Origin: Lama glama
Taxonomy: Eukaryota
Reading direction: 5' to 3'
Assembly (NCBI GenBank): GCA_028534125.1
Contig: CM052817.1
Location: 103,728,001-103,792,000, forward strand
DNA length: 64,000 nucleotides
Of the stretch, positions 23,300-36,804 are shown one piece after another (positions within the stretch are counted from its first letter, which is position 1; every line of letters begins with the position of its first letter). The notes below the pieces were generated by a model that saw nothing but the letters and a program-made list of their open reading frames with translations, was not told the DNA's origin and did not search any database. The position numbers and the translations under genes are program-made.

Positions 23300-23945
23300 T
23301 GGGGCAACACAGTTCTCCAACAGTTGTCACCACCATCTTGGCTGAAGTATTCAGTTTAATCACATCCCTCTCACCTGATCTATTGAGACTGAAGTGTAAC
23401 TGGCTTTCCCAACTCGTCACTCCCCACACCAGTTATCCTATTCATTGCTGAGATACGAATAACTTTGCCCATGACACTTTTTCTCCACATAAAATTTTTA
23501 TGCTTCCCTAATGTCTACAGAATGAAATTGAAAAATCTTAACAGCATCTCCCAATTATATGCCTCACACATTTAACCATTCTGCAGTGAAATCTAGATGT
23601 TTTCTCTGTGTGCAACATAAATTTTTCTCCCTTATTTTTGTCTGTGCTTTTACTCTTGAAATTCCTGTCTTCCCCATCTTGTGGGCATTCCCTCCATCTC
23701 TAAGGCTACATTTTCCATGAAATTTCTGATGTTCTAAAAAAGGTTTATTTTCTTCCCTTTGAATCTGTGTACTTAGTATCTCTGATGGTAATTATCTTTA
23801 TTTTTAAATTTTTTATTCTATTTTTATCATTATTCATAAATTTATATTATCCTCTAATCAGGTTGTAAGTAACATGAGGTTAGGGGTGATACATTATTTT
23901 CATTTTGCATATAATAGGATCTCAGTTAACATTTATGAATTGAAC
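23300..23945 (+). mobile_element. L2 3' region, degraded
   Basis: GGTTGTAAGTAACATGAGG...ATAATAGGATCTCAGTTAACATTTATGAATTGAA tail. Confidence 0.5.
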
Positions 23946-25724
23946 TTTTGCTAATACGACTGATTTAATTTTTCTTTTAAGCCTCCACTGGCTTCACTTC
24001 CATCTGGAGAATAGCGAGTGTCATAGGTGACAATCTAGCACTTGTAAGTTTTTTTAATAGTATTTTAAATACTGATATCTTTTGAATGTGATCCTTTCCT
24101 AATGTTAAAAGGAAATAGGTTAAAGCTCATGGGAAAATGTTACCGTTGTGCCTGAATTTCCCCCGACTTTTAATTCACTTTATCATCAAGGGAATTCGCT
24201 CTCTGCAGTATTTAATTACTTGCAACATTCCAAACCACTTGGCATTCCACAAAACTAGTTAAATACTGTGTCCTGTTGAAAATGATAAGTAAAGCTAATT
24301 TTCATGTAATTTTACATACATTCACTCTGGGAAGAACTAGAAAATGAGGCTGTATCCAGTAGCCTTTCTACATGTAATTATGTTGTTATCATTGCTGTTT
24401 TAATTCTCAGCAATGTCCTCTGGCATTTCAAGGAGAAACTGACACCTGTGAATTACAACGGTTTGTAGCTATGCTGAGACTTGATTGGAGAATTGTAGCG
24501 TTTCAACTGAATTGAAATAAAAATTAATCTTAGAAGCGATCATGCATCAGTAGGATGCACAGGACAAGAACTTGGCTACATGTTCAATGGGCTCTTCAGT
24601 GACATCTAGTTCTCTCAGGTTCATGTGCCTGAAGTTTAAAAAATGTCGCAGAACCACAATGAAGTTGCAAGCAGAAACATAAATTGGAATTAGCCCTAAA
24701 TTCAAACCTACTGTTCAAAATTATTCTGGCAGCTTAAAAGTCGTAATTCAAGCTTTGCATGTAGACATATCTAATGCGGTCTGTTGTCTTGTACCTGTAG
24801 AAATTCAACAAAAACTAATAATCATTCCAAATTACTAACTTCCTTAACTTCTCTGTGATGATATCTTATTTTGCCACTTTTGACATTCAGTGTTTTTTTA
24901 ATGCTGTCTAGAATAATTAACTAATTTCAAGACAAAACAGGAGAAAAAAATCCTCTTCATTTTTAGGCATAGACTAGATGCATTTTTTTAGGGCTAAGCA
25001 AGCTCTCTGAACTACAGCTTGACGGTGAGTCTTTTTATATATGTCTGCAGTTACCATCAAGGAAAAAATGATCATATCTATTCCTGATGACTTAAAATAT
25101 ATGATGTATTTGCCAACCCAGGGCAGCTTTGAGGTTTTATCGTGATGGGCTTTTTACAAACTCTCAATTTCTGTTATTACTTCACCCTTTATTGAATGTA
25201 GCAGCATAATAAATGACCTTTAAAATAAACATGCACTAATTTTGGAATAGTTTCTAGCTGCTCTAGAAATGTTAAGCCTTTCCTCAGGGACAGTGTCTGG
25301 AGACCAAGCTTAACTAGTAAGAATAGTCACCCCCACAGGATGCCAGGTACTCTGAGGTGGCATCAGTTACCCCACAGCCACATCACGCGGTAACGTGCAG
25401 AAGGTTTGGGATTAGCTCAGGGACATTTTTTTCATGATTGTAAATATCAGAAGGAGGCTCTTCGATGAAGAAGCAGCGAGTGGAGATTTCCATAGGAGAC
25501 TACGTTTGAGAAAGGCAACCGATCGCTGACAGCTGGCGATGGGCTTCATCTTAGTGAGATCTTAGCAGAAAAATATGTGACGGGGCCACAGAATTAAAGA
25601 GAATGCCACATTTGGAATGTTCTTGAACATACTGACTTTGTATGAAATAAATAGAGAGTAGTCTGATAATTGTAAGTGAATTCTTGATACTAATGCAATG
25701 TGCGTTCTCACAATTTAAAAATAA

Positions 25725-26660
25725 AAATTTTTATTGAGGTATAAATGACATACATTATATTAGTTTAAGGTTACAACATGATTCGATATTTGTATATATT
25801 GAAAACTGATCACCATCATAAGTCTAGTTAACACTCATCACAGTACATAGCTACAAATTTTTTTTCTTGTAACGAGGGCTTTTAAGATCTACTCTTTTAG
25901 AAACTTCAAATATACAATATAATATTATTAATTGCAGTCTACATACTGAACATCATATCCCTGCTTTATTTATTTTATAAACGGAAGTTTAATATACCTT
26001 TTGACCCTCTTTGCCAATTTTGCCCTCCCTTCTGCCCCCTGCCTCTGGCAAATACCAGTCTGTTCTCTGTATCTATGCAGTTGGTTTTTTGTTTGTTGGT
26101 TGATTTTTAGATTCCACATATAAGTGAGGTATTTGTCTCTCTCTGCCTTATTTCACTTAGCACAATGCCCTCAAGGTCCATCCATGGTCTTGGTAAATGG
26201 CAAGATTTCATTATTTTTCATGGCTGAATAATATTCCATGGTGTATGTTTAGATGTCTTATAAAGATGTCACTCTTTCTTTATCAATTCATCCATTGATG
26301 AACATTTAGGTTGTTTCTACATCTTGGCTATTATAAATAATGCTGAAATGAACATGGTGGGTATAAGTCTTTTCAAATTAGCATTTTCATTTTCTTTGGA
26401 TAAATACACAGAAATTGCTGGATAATATGGTAATTCTAGTTTTACTTTTTTTTTAGGAATTGCCATACTGTTTTCCATAGTAGCTGCACTAATTTACATT
26501 CCCACTAACAGTGCACCAAGTTTCCCTTTTCTCCACATCCTTGCCAACACTTGTTATTTCTTGCCTTTTTGATAATAGGTGAGAGGTGATACATCATTAT
26601 TTTGATTTTGCATTTCCCTGATGATTAATAATGTGAGCATCTGTTCATGTGCCTGTTGGA
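25725..26660 (-). mobile_element. L1MA9-like 3' end
   Basis: TTTTATTGAGGTATAAATGACATAC...TTAGATTCCACATATAAGTGAG...TTGCATTTCCCTGATGATTA. Confidence 0.85.
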
Positions 26661-27278
26661 TAAATATCGTTTGAATATTTGTTTACAATCAGCTGTTTAT
26701 CTCAACTTTATAAACTGGTAAAAATGCATAATTGACAATGTTTCAACATACTGAAAAATATCTCTTAATTTTTTCTTTTTTTAAACATTTTTTATTTATT
26801 TATAATCATTTTACAATGTTGTGTCAAATTCCAGTGTACAGTACAATTTTTCAGTTATACATGAACTTACATATATTCATTGTCACATTTTTTTCCTCTG
26901 TGACCTACCATAAGATCTTGTGTATATTTCTCTGTGCTATACAGTATAATCTTGCTTATCTATTCTACATTTTGAAATCCCAGTCTGTCCCTTCCAACCC
27001 CCCTCACCCCCTTGGCAACCACAAGTTTGCATTCTATGTCTATGAGTCTATATCTGTTTTGTATTTATGTTTTGTTTGTTTGTTTTTTTTTCTCTTGTTG
27101 TTTAGATTCCACATATGGGCAATCTCATATGGTATTTTTCTTTCTCTTTCTGGCTTACTTCACTTAGAATGACATTCGCCAGGAGCATCCATGTTGGTAC
27201 AAATGGCATTATGTTGTCGGTTTTTATGGCTGAGTAGTATTCTTTCATATAAATATACCACTTCTTCTTTATCCAGTC

Positions 27279-27778
27279 NNNNNNNNNNNNNNNNNNNNNN
27301 NNNNNNNNNNNNNNNNNNNNNNNNNNNNNNNNNNNNNNNNNNNNNNNNNNNNNNNNNNNNNNNNNNNNNNNNNNNNNNNNNNNNNNNNNNNNNNNNNNNN
27401 NNNNNNNNNNNNNNNNNNNNNNNNNNNNNNNNNNNNNNNNNNNNNNNNNNNNNNNNNNNNNNNNNNNNNNNNNNNNNNNNNNNNNNNNNNNNNNNNNNNN
27501 NNNNNNNNNNNNNNNNNNNNNNNNNNNNNNNNNNNNNNNNNNNNNNNNNNNNNNNNNNNNNNNNNNNNNNNNNNNNNNNNNNNNNNNNNNNNNNNNNNNN
27601 NNNNNNNNNNNNNNNNNNNNNNNNNNNNNNNNNNNNNNNNNNNNNNNNNNNNNNNNNNNNNNNNNNNNNNNNNNNNNNNNNNNNNNNNNNNNNNNNNNNN
27701 NNNNNNNNNNNNNNNNNNNNNNNNNNNNNNNNNNNNNNNNNNNNNNNNNNNNNNNNNNNNNNNNNNNNNNNNNNNNNN
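27279..27778. other. Assembly gap (500 N) inside L1
   Basis: N run; the round size suggests a placeholder. Confidence 1.
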
Positions 27779-28515
27779 CTTTTTCTCTCCTTTATTTCTC
27801 TGTTGTTGATTTCTAGTTTCACAGCATTGTGGTCAATAAAGATGCTTGAGATAATTTCTATCTTTCTAAAATTGTTGAGGTTTCTTTTGTGCCCAAGTAC
27901 ATGATCAATCCTAGAAAACGTTTCATGTGCACTTGAAAAGAATGTATATCCTGTTTTTTGAGGGTGTAATGCTCTGAAAATATTCACCAAATCTAATTTT
28001 TCTATTGTATTATTTAATTTCTCTGTTGCCTTATTTATTTTCTGTCTGGAAGATCTGTCTAGTGATGTTAATGTGGTGTTAAAATATTCAACTATGATTG
28101 TATTCCCATCAATATCCCCCTTTATCTCTGTTAGTAATTGTTTTATGTATTTAGGTTCTCCTATATTGGGTGCATATATATTAACAAGTGTAATATCTTC
28201 ATCTTGTGTTACTCCTTTAATCGTTATAAAATGTCCTTCTTTATCTTTCTTTATGGACTTTGTTTTAAAGTCTATTTTGTCTGAAATGAGTACTGCAACA
28301 CCTGCTTTTTTGGCTTTTTCATTTGCATGGAATATCCTTTTCCATCCTTTTGCTCTCAATCTATATGTGTCCTTCTCCCTAAAGTGGGTCTCTTGTATGC
28401 AGCATATTGAAGGTTCTTGCTTTATTTTCCAGTTTGCCACTCTATGTCTCTTGACTGGAGTATTTAGTCCATTAACACTTACAGTAATTAATGATAGATG
28501 TGTGTTTATTGCCAT
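27779..28515 (-). pseudogene. L1 ORF2 N-terminal APE-type endonuclease domain, open up to the gap
   Basis: VNGLN, CCIQETH, NIYAPN, SRIDH, DHNA motifs; the usual GDFN reads EYFN. Confidence 0.92.
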
Positions 28516-28922
28516 TTTTTAATTGCCGTTTTGAACTTATCTTTGCAGTTGATTTGGTATTTCCTCTGTTCCTTTCTTTTTCCTTTTGTGGTTTGGTAAT
28601 TTTCCTTTGTATTATCATGGACTTTAGTTTTTGTGACTCCTTTGTAAGTTTTTGGCTTGTGGTTACCCTTTTTTGTAAGTCTATTAGCCCATTACTATAA
28701 CTGTTTTTATTTAACTGATAGTAACATGATCTCAAACCCATCCTACTAAGAACAAAAATTTGAAAAAGAAAGAAAAAAATTCTGTACTTTCCTGCCTGCC
28801 TCTCCCACTCTCAATGATTTAGATGTCTTCTTTTACAATTTCATGTTTATTTTATTTGTAATTCATGAGTTATCACCTTTCTAGTTGTGAGTTTCTCATT
28901 TCTGTAGCATCCTGCTGCTTTT

Positions 28923-29822
28923 CTAGAGTAGACCTTTCAATATTTCTTTTACCATTGGTTTAGTATTGCTAAATTCTTGTAGCTTTTTCTTGTCTGTGAA
29001 ATTCTTTATGTCTCCTTCTATCCTAAAGGATAGCCTTGCTGGATAAAGTATCCTAGGCTGCATCTTTTTTTCATTCAGGACTTTGAATATATCTTGCCAC
29101 TCCCTTCTGGCCTGTAGTGTTTGTGTAGAGAAAGCATCTGAGAGCCTTATGGGGGTTCCCTTGTAACTCACTCTTTGCTTTTCTCTTGCTGCCTTTAGAA
29201 TCATTTCTTTATCCTTGACTCTGGCCATCTTGATTATGATATGTCTTGGTGTGGGTCTATTTGGGTTCTTCCTGTTTGGGACTCTCTGAGCTTCCTGTAC
29301 TTGGATATCTGATTCCTTCCTTAATTTTGGGAAGTTTTCAGTCATGATTTCTTCCAATACATTTTCAATCCCCTTTGATCATTCTTCCCCTTCTGGGACT
29401 TCTATTATGTGAAGATTGGCACACTTTATATTATCCCATAGGTCCCTTGTGCTATTTTCATTTGTTTTTATTTGTTTATCTTGTAGCTGTTGTGATTGGT
29501 TGCTTTCTGTTGTCCTGTCTTCTAGATCACTAATTCGTTCCTCTGCATTAACTAATCTACTTTGCACAGCCTTTAGATCATTTCTCATCTCAGCCAATGA
29601 GTATCAGTTCTACTTGGCTCTTTTTTATAGCTTCCATTTCATTTTTGACATATTTTATCTCTCTAAACACTATCTCTTTTAGTTCCTTCAGTACTTTGAT
29701 CACTCCTTTTTTGAAATCTTGATCTAGTAGGCTACCGATGTCTGTTTCATTGATCGTTCTTTCAGGGGATTTCTCTTGTTCTTTAATTGGGAATGATTTC
29801 TCTGCTTCTTCATCTTGCTCAT
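28923..29822 (-). pseudogene. L1 ORF1, disrupted (frameshifts and an in-frame stop)
   Basis: Split across three ORFs: AEERISDLED, RDLWDNIK, RPTPRHIIIK, PRILYPARLSF. Confidence 0.92.
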
Positions 29823-31049
29823 ACCTCTCTGGCACTGTGGTTTATGGAATATCAGTTATCTATTGTGGTCCTTAAGGAGCTTATTTATTTATCTATCTAA
29901 TGCCTATGTAGGAATAAACAGGTTTTTGGCATCTCTGTCTTTTGAAGAGGATGATATTCTGTTGGCGTTCCACGGGTGCTCTGGTTGGCTAAGTGGGTCT
30001 GTAGATGTGAGTCTTGGTGTATTTGTGGGAGAGGGTGATCTACGAGCGTCCTTCTACTCTGCCACCTTGGCCTCCTCCTGAGTTGAAGCTTCTGAGATAT
30101 CAGGCTCATTTCCTCCCACCTCTTCATACATCACACTTCTCAAGCAGTCACCCCATTCAAAGAAAGGAGAAGGCAGGGGTGATGGCAGCGGTGGAAGAGG
30201 TGCCGACCTCTTCAGTGGGGCTGGGGGCAGAGAAGGGAACGACTGGCCTCAGCCTTGAATCTCGGCAAAAGGAAGCAGCACTCCCAACAAGAAAGCATGG
30301 AAGAAGACCTCGTACAATCCTTCTCACACCCCAACCCACCTAATTTTTTCTTTTCTTATGAAAAAACAAATTTTTCTTTAAGCATATTAAAAGTAACTTG
30401 ATTTTTCTGTTGATCGAAACTAAACCATTAATGAGAAAAAGTGAATGATGTGGAGACGAGCATATCACAGTGTGAATGGTGGCACTTCATATGGATTACC
30501 CTGGGTTAGTTCTATGTTAAAGAATTTGTACTTATCCATCTTTTGGCCAAAGCCCTGGCATGAAATAGATGAAACTGTCTGTGGGATAATTGAAGAGAGT
30601 TTAACGAAGGGATTGTTTTATAGTTGTGAGTCTCTCAAGGTAACCAATAAGAAACTGAAACATTCTACTAATTGCAATTATGGGAAATTGTTACCATCTT
30701 TGGCTTTATGAGGCACAAAGCAAATTTTTACTGAAACTCTGGGAGGACTGCAGCTGCAGGAAAGGGACATCCAACAAAAGAGGTGTTCAGCAACTGTCAA
30801 CTGTGTTGGCATAGAGGGAGCAAGGCTAGGAAGCCCATTCTCTTTCCAACAGCATTCCAATTTTCTGCTGTTGTCCTTTGCTGGCCAAACCCAACCAGAA
30901 GCCAAAGACAAGGGAACTGGTTGATAGGATTCTTAAGGAACAGCCTCCTGGGGCATGGAACGTGGTGGCAATTGGAGTACGGTGTGGATCTAGAAGGGTG
31001 AACAGAAATGCCAGCACACCTATTATACTCTCAAATCTTTTAAATAATG

Positions 31050-31540
31050 ATGATGAACTTGTTCATTCACATGGGTTGGTAGGAAATTTGGCAAAATATC
31101 TCAAAATCTGAAAAATCCCAATTTTAAGAATGTATTATAAGAAAATGGTATAAATATGCACAATAACTAAGCTATAAGAATGTTCTTCAAAATAGTGTTT
31201 ATAATAATACAATATAAATTTGGAAGTAATCCAAATGCCTTAAAGCAAGAAATTGATTAAGTAAATTGTGATTTATCAATACAGAGAAGTAACATTAAGT
31301 CATAAAAATAATGTTGAAGTTTATCTTATGACATGGAACTACATTTCATCATAACTTTCATAGGATAGACTTGTGGTATGACAATTTTTTTTTGTAAAGA
31401 AAAAAATAGTACATATGTATGTAAAGCACAAGGATTAGAAAAATAGTCATTAAAAATAGTGTTTTTTTCTGGTAGAGTATAAATGATTTTTAAAATTAAA
31501 TGTATTGGTTTGTCCATAAGTTTAGTATATCTTATAGTGA
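31050..31540 (+). mobile_element. Very old L1 (L1ME/L1MD-like) 3' fragment
   Basis: AATTTGGCAAAATATCTCAAAAT...TTGGAAGTAATCCAAATGCC. Confidence 0.5.
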
Positions 31541-31622
31541 GTATAAATATTAATTTAGTTATTCAAATACTATTTTCAATTAGGTCAAATGAAAATGGTT
31601 CCATTTAAAGTGGAGCTCTTGA

Positions 31623-34600
31623 GAGGTCCAGATCAAGATGGTGGAGTAGGAAGACCCAGAGCTCACCTCCTACCATGGACACACCAAAAGTATAGCTATA
31701 TGCAGGCTAACTACTCCAGAGAATTACCCAAAGACTAGCAGAACAGACTTTTCTACAACTAAGCATATAAAAAAGGCCACACTGAGCTGGGTAGGAGGGG
31801 CAGAGATGTTGCCCAGTCAGAATGCCCACCCTGGTGTGGCAACCGACTAGCAGAAGGATATTACAACCATGGAGGTTCTCACTGAGGAGCAAGGGTCCAA
31901 GATCCACATTGGGCCCCCCAGCCCAGGGGACCTGCATTGGGAAGACAAGCCCCCTTAACATATAGCTTTGAGTGTAAACATCTGGGAGAGATAAAGGGCT
32001 ACGAAAAACTAAGACTCTGTTCCTGAAGGACTCACACACAAACTCACTCACTCTGAGTCCCAGTGCTGAGGCAGCACTTGAAAAGCACCTTGGTCATACG
32101 AAGAGATTCAGGGACTAATTTATGGCATGTGCTGGAGGGGCAGAGATCTGGTGGAACTTTCTCTGGGAATGGACGTGTGGTGGGTGCCTTTTTTTTTTTT
32201 AACATTCCTTCCACCTAGCTGGTTCAGCACTGGCAGGTGCCATATCTGTCATTCTCCATCAACATCATACCCTGCCCCAGAATTCCCCCCAAGAACCTGC
32301 CCTATCCAAAATGCCCACCCCAGCCAGCCTCTCCAAAGGGTCTCTTACCCCTCCTTGCCTGTTAGGCAGCCTTGGCTGGCACTGTCCAAAGAAGTTCCTG
32401 GCTCCAGGGGGGCCAGCCTCACACAATAGTGGGCCCGCAACATTTGTGTCCAGACCTCATAGCCAGTCATGACAGAGGCCAGCATGGCACATCAGCATGC
32501 CTGCAGCAGTTGTGGCCAGACTTCTCAGCCAGATAGGCCAAGGGCCAGCCCCACACACCAGCACACCTGCAGCAATCATCACCCAACCACAATAGAAGAG
32601 CATGCCCAGACCCCACAGGGGATACCCTTGGACACCTGGCTCTGGTGACCAGGGGGGATTGTGTTGCTGGGTCCCAAGGAAACCTTCTACATAAGGCCAC
32701 TCTTTCAAGAGTGGGAGATATAGCTGATATATCTAATATATAGAAACAAAGAAAGTCAGAATGAGGAGACACAGGAATACCTTTCAAACAAAAGAATAAG
32801 GCAAAATCTCAGAAAAGGAATTAACCAAAACAGAGATCAGCAATTTACCAGGTAAAGAGTTCAAAGTAATAGTCATAAAAACTTTCACTGAATTTGAAAG
32901 ACAAATAGATGAGCTCAGTGAGAACTTCAGCAAAGAGATAGAAAATATCAAAAAGAACCAATCAAAACTGAATAATACAACTGAAATGAAAAATACATTA
33001 AATGGACTCAACAGCAGACTAGAGGTTGTAGAACAGATCAGTGGTCCAAAAGACAGGGTAGTGGAAATGAGAACAGGAAAAAAAAGGAGTATGAAAAGAA
33101 GGACAGTTTAAGGGACCTTTAGGATAACATCAAATGTACTAGCATTTGCATTATAGGGATGCCAGAAGAAGAAGAGAAAGAGACAGAAACCCTATTTGAA
33201 GAAGTAATGGCTGAAAACTTCTTAACCTGGCAAAGGAAACAGATATCAAAGTCTAAGAAGCATAAAGAGTGTCTAATAAGATGAATCCACAAAGAGGGCC
33301 ACACCAAGACTCACAGCAATTAAAGTGTCAAAAGTTAAAGACTGAATTTTAAAAGCAGCAAGAGAAAAACAACTAGTTGCATACAAGGGAAGCCCCATAA
33401 GGCTATAGGCTGATTTTTCAGCAGAAACTTTAGAGGCCAGAAGAGACCGGCATAATATAGTCAAAATGCTGAAAGAAAAAATTACAACTAAGAATACTTT
33501 ACCCAATGAGGTTATCATTCAGAACTGAAGTTGAGATAAAAAGCCAGGGTAGCACTACTTATATCAGACAAAATAGACATTAAAACAAAGGCTGTAACAA
33601 GAGACAAAGAAGACCATTACATTATGATAAATTGATCAATCTAACAAGAAGATAAACATTTGTAAATATCTATGCATCCAACATAGGAACACCTAAATCC
33701 ATAAAGCAAATATTAACAAACATAAAAGGGAGAAATTGATAGTAGACAATAATAGTAAGACAGAGAAACAATAAAGAAACACTGGCCTTAAATGACACAT
33801 TATATAAGATGAATATAATTGATATATATGTGGACTCTTCCATCCAAAAGCAGGAGAATAGACGTTTATTTTCAAGTGCACATGGAACGTTCTCCAGGAT
33901 AAATCACATGCTAGGCCACAAAACAAGTCTCAATAAAATTAAGAAGATTGAAATCATGTCAAGCATCATTTCCAACCACGATGTTATAGAAATACAAGAA
34001 ATCAGCTATAAAGACAAAATTACAAAATACACAAACACATGGAGATTAGATAATATGCTACTAAGCAACCAGTGAGTCACTGAAGAAATAAAGAAGAATT
34101 CAAAGAACATCTGGAGACAAATGAAAACAGAAACAATGATCCAAAATTGATGGACCACAGAAATGCAATTTAAAGAGGAAAGTGTATAGCAATACCGTCC
34201 TAGCTCAGGAAACAAACAAACAAATAAACAAAAACTCTTCAAATAAACAAATAATCTACACTAAAGGAACTACAAAAAGAAGGACAAACTAAGCCCAAAG
34301 TTAATAGAAGGAAGGAATAATAAAGCGGATATAAATGAAATTGAGACTGAAAGAAAAAAACAACAGAAAAGATCAATGAAACTAAGAGCTGGTTATTGGA
34401 AAAGGTAAACAAGATTGATGAATCTTTAGCCAGCCTAATCAAGAGAAAAATGAGAGGACCCAAATACATAAAATCAGAAATGAAAGAGAAGTTACAACTG
34501 ACACCACCGAAATACAAAGAATCATAAGAGTTTACTACAACTGTATGTTAATAAAATGGACAACCTATAAGAAATTAATAAATTCCTAGAAACATACAAT

Positions 34601-36329
34601 TTCCCAAGACTGAATCAGGAAGAAATATAAAATATGAACAGAACAAGTACCAGTAATGAAATTTAATCAGTAATTTTTAAACTTCCCAAAGCAAAAGTCT
34701 ATGAACAGATGGCATCAAAGGTGAATTCAACCAAATATTTAGAGAATAGTTAACACCTATTCTCAAACTGCTTCAAAAAAAATTGAGGAAGTGTTCCACA
34801 CTCATTCTATAAGGGCACCATCACCCTGATACCAAAACCAGACAAGGACATAGCAGAAAATGAAAGTTATAGACCAGTGTCCCTGATGAACACAGATGCA
34901 AGCATCCTCAACAAAATGTTAGCAAACTGAATTCAACAATACATTAAAAGGATAAAACAACATGATCAAGTGGGATTCATCCCAGGGATGCAAGAATTTT
35001 TCAATATCTGCAAATCAGTCAATGTGATAGACCACATTAACAAACTGAAGAATAAAAACCATATGATCATCTCAATGGATGTAAAAAGAGGCTTTTGACA
35101 ATATTTAACATCAATTTAAGATAAAATTCTCAACACAATGGGTACAGAGGAAATATACCTTAACATCATAAAGACCATATATGAAAAATCCATACCCAGC
35201 ATTATATTCAATAGTGAAAAGCTGAAAACACTTCCTCTAAGATGGGGGCAATACAAGGATGCCCACTCTCACCACTTTTATTCAACATAGTATTGGAAGT
35301 CCTAGCCATAGCAATCAGGCAAGAAAAAAGGGATAATAGATGTCTAAAATGGAAAAAAGTAAAACTGTCACTGTTTGCACATGACATGATGCTATATAAA
35401 AAATCCTGAAGACACCATTAAAAAGCTATTAGAACTGATCAATGAATTCAATTAAGTGGAAGCCTACAAAATTAATATACAGAAGTCTGTTGTGTTTCTA
35501 TACAATAATAACAAAGACTTTATGAAAACAAGCTCATTTACAATTGCATGAAAAGGAATAAATTAACTAGGAATAAATCTAACCAAGGATGTAAATGGCC
35601 TGTACTCAGAAACCTACTGTATAAGACTGACAAAAGAAATGAAAGATGTCACAGATAAATGTAAAGATATAGTGTGCTCATGTCTTGGAAGAATTAATAT
35701 TATTAAGATGACCATACTCCCCAAGGCAATTTTCAGATTCAGTGCAATCTGCATCAAAATATCAATGTATTTTTTCTCAGAACTGGAAGCAATAGTCCTA
35801 AAATTTGTATAGAATACAAAAGATGATGAATAGCCAAAATAATCTTAAAGAACAAAGCTGTAGGTATCACTTCCTGATTTCAAAAGTATACTACAAAGCT
35901 ACAATAATCACAGCAGTATGGCGTGGCACAAAGAGAGACACATAAATCAATGGAACAGAACAGAGAGCCCAGAAACGAACCCACACACATATGGTCAGTT
36001 AATCTATGCCAAAGGAGATAAGAATATACAATGGGGAAAAGACAACTTCTTCAATAAATGGTGTTATGAAAACTGGACAGCTATATGGAAAAGTGAAACT
36101 AGACCACTTTCTCACACCATATACAAAACTAAACTCCAAATGGATTAAAGACTTAAATGTAAGATCTGAAACCATAAAACTTCTAGAAGAAAACAAAAGC
36201 AGTACTTTCTTTGACAGTGGTCTTAGCTATATGTACATATATTTGGGTATGTCTCCTTAGGCAAGGGAAACAAAAGCAAAAGTAAGCAAATGGGACCTAC
36301 TCAAACTAAAAAGCTTCTACACAGCAAAG
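31623..36329 (+). mobile_element. Older L1: 5'UTR, ORF1 (from ~32761), internal deletion, ORF2 EN/RT, 3' end missing
   Basis: CAAGATGGTGGAGTAGGAAGACCCAGAGCTCACC start; ORF2 peptides FSSAHGTFSRINHMLGHK and [19 protein letters not shown] motif TTTGCACATGACATGAT; many stops. Confidence 0.92.
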
Positions 36330-36804
36330 CTGTCAAGTCTAGTCAAATCTATCCTTTGCTATCATTTGATTTCATAACCCGTTCTCCTTTTTAATGGTCT
36401 TTGTTCTATTCTCTTCCACCTGGGTTATGACAAAGGCTACCTATTGGATCTTCCTCACCACAGATTCCCATCCTGTAATGTTGCCTAGATATTGGCACTA
36501 AAGTGTCTTTCATCAAATGCATAATTAATTATTTTTTCCCTTACATAAAATGTCTTGAATGTAGCCCTAATAACTTAGATTGGTGGGCCAGTTTCTTGAT
36601 TATTTGAACTCTCTATACTTTTTGAACCTCTTTTCTCAGCTTATGCTTTTGTTTGTTTATTTTTATGTTGGTGTTCCCAGTGTAATGGAGTATATGTGGT
36701 TTCCCATCTGGCTTTCTCTTACCTGTCTGGTCTGCTATTTCTTCCTGGGATACTCTCTCCTGTTCTCTGACTCCAGCTTGTCCTGTAAACTCCACTGAAG
36801 CATT

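Larger units (their letters stand above)
26780..30078 (-). mobile_element. Young lineage-specific L1 (short 5'UTR, ORF1, ORF2 endonuclease, gap, 3'UTR)
   Basis: 5' end GGAGGAGGCCAAGGTGGCAGAGTAG at 30078; ORF1 and ORF2 peptides; 3'UTR with AATAAA; most of ORF2 presumably hidden in the 500-N gap. Confidence 0.92.

Noticed and set aside
24967..25024. LRR-like peptide (DAF.GLSKLSELQLD)
   Set aside because: It needs a frameshift in the T run, is very short, and no other LRR exons were found; probably chance.
27191..27904. 237-aa + strand ORF
   Set aside because: Mostly N, and antisense to L1.
27160..28515. 451-aa ORF as an intact gene
   Set aside because: It is the L1 ORF2 endonuclease read artificially through a 500-N gap; the true length and integrity are unknown.
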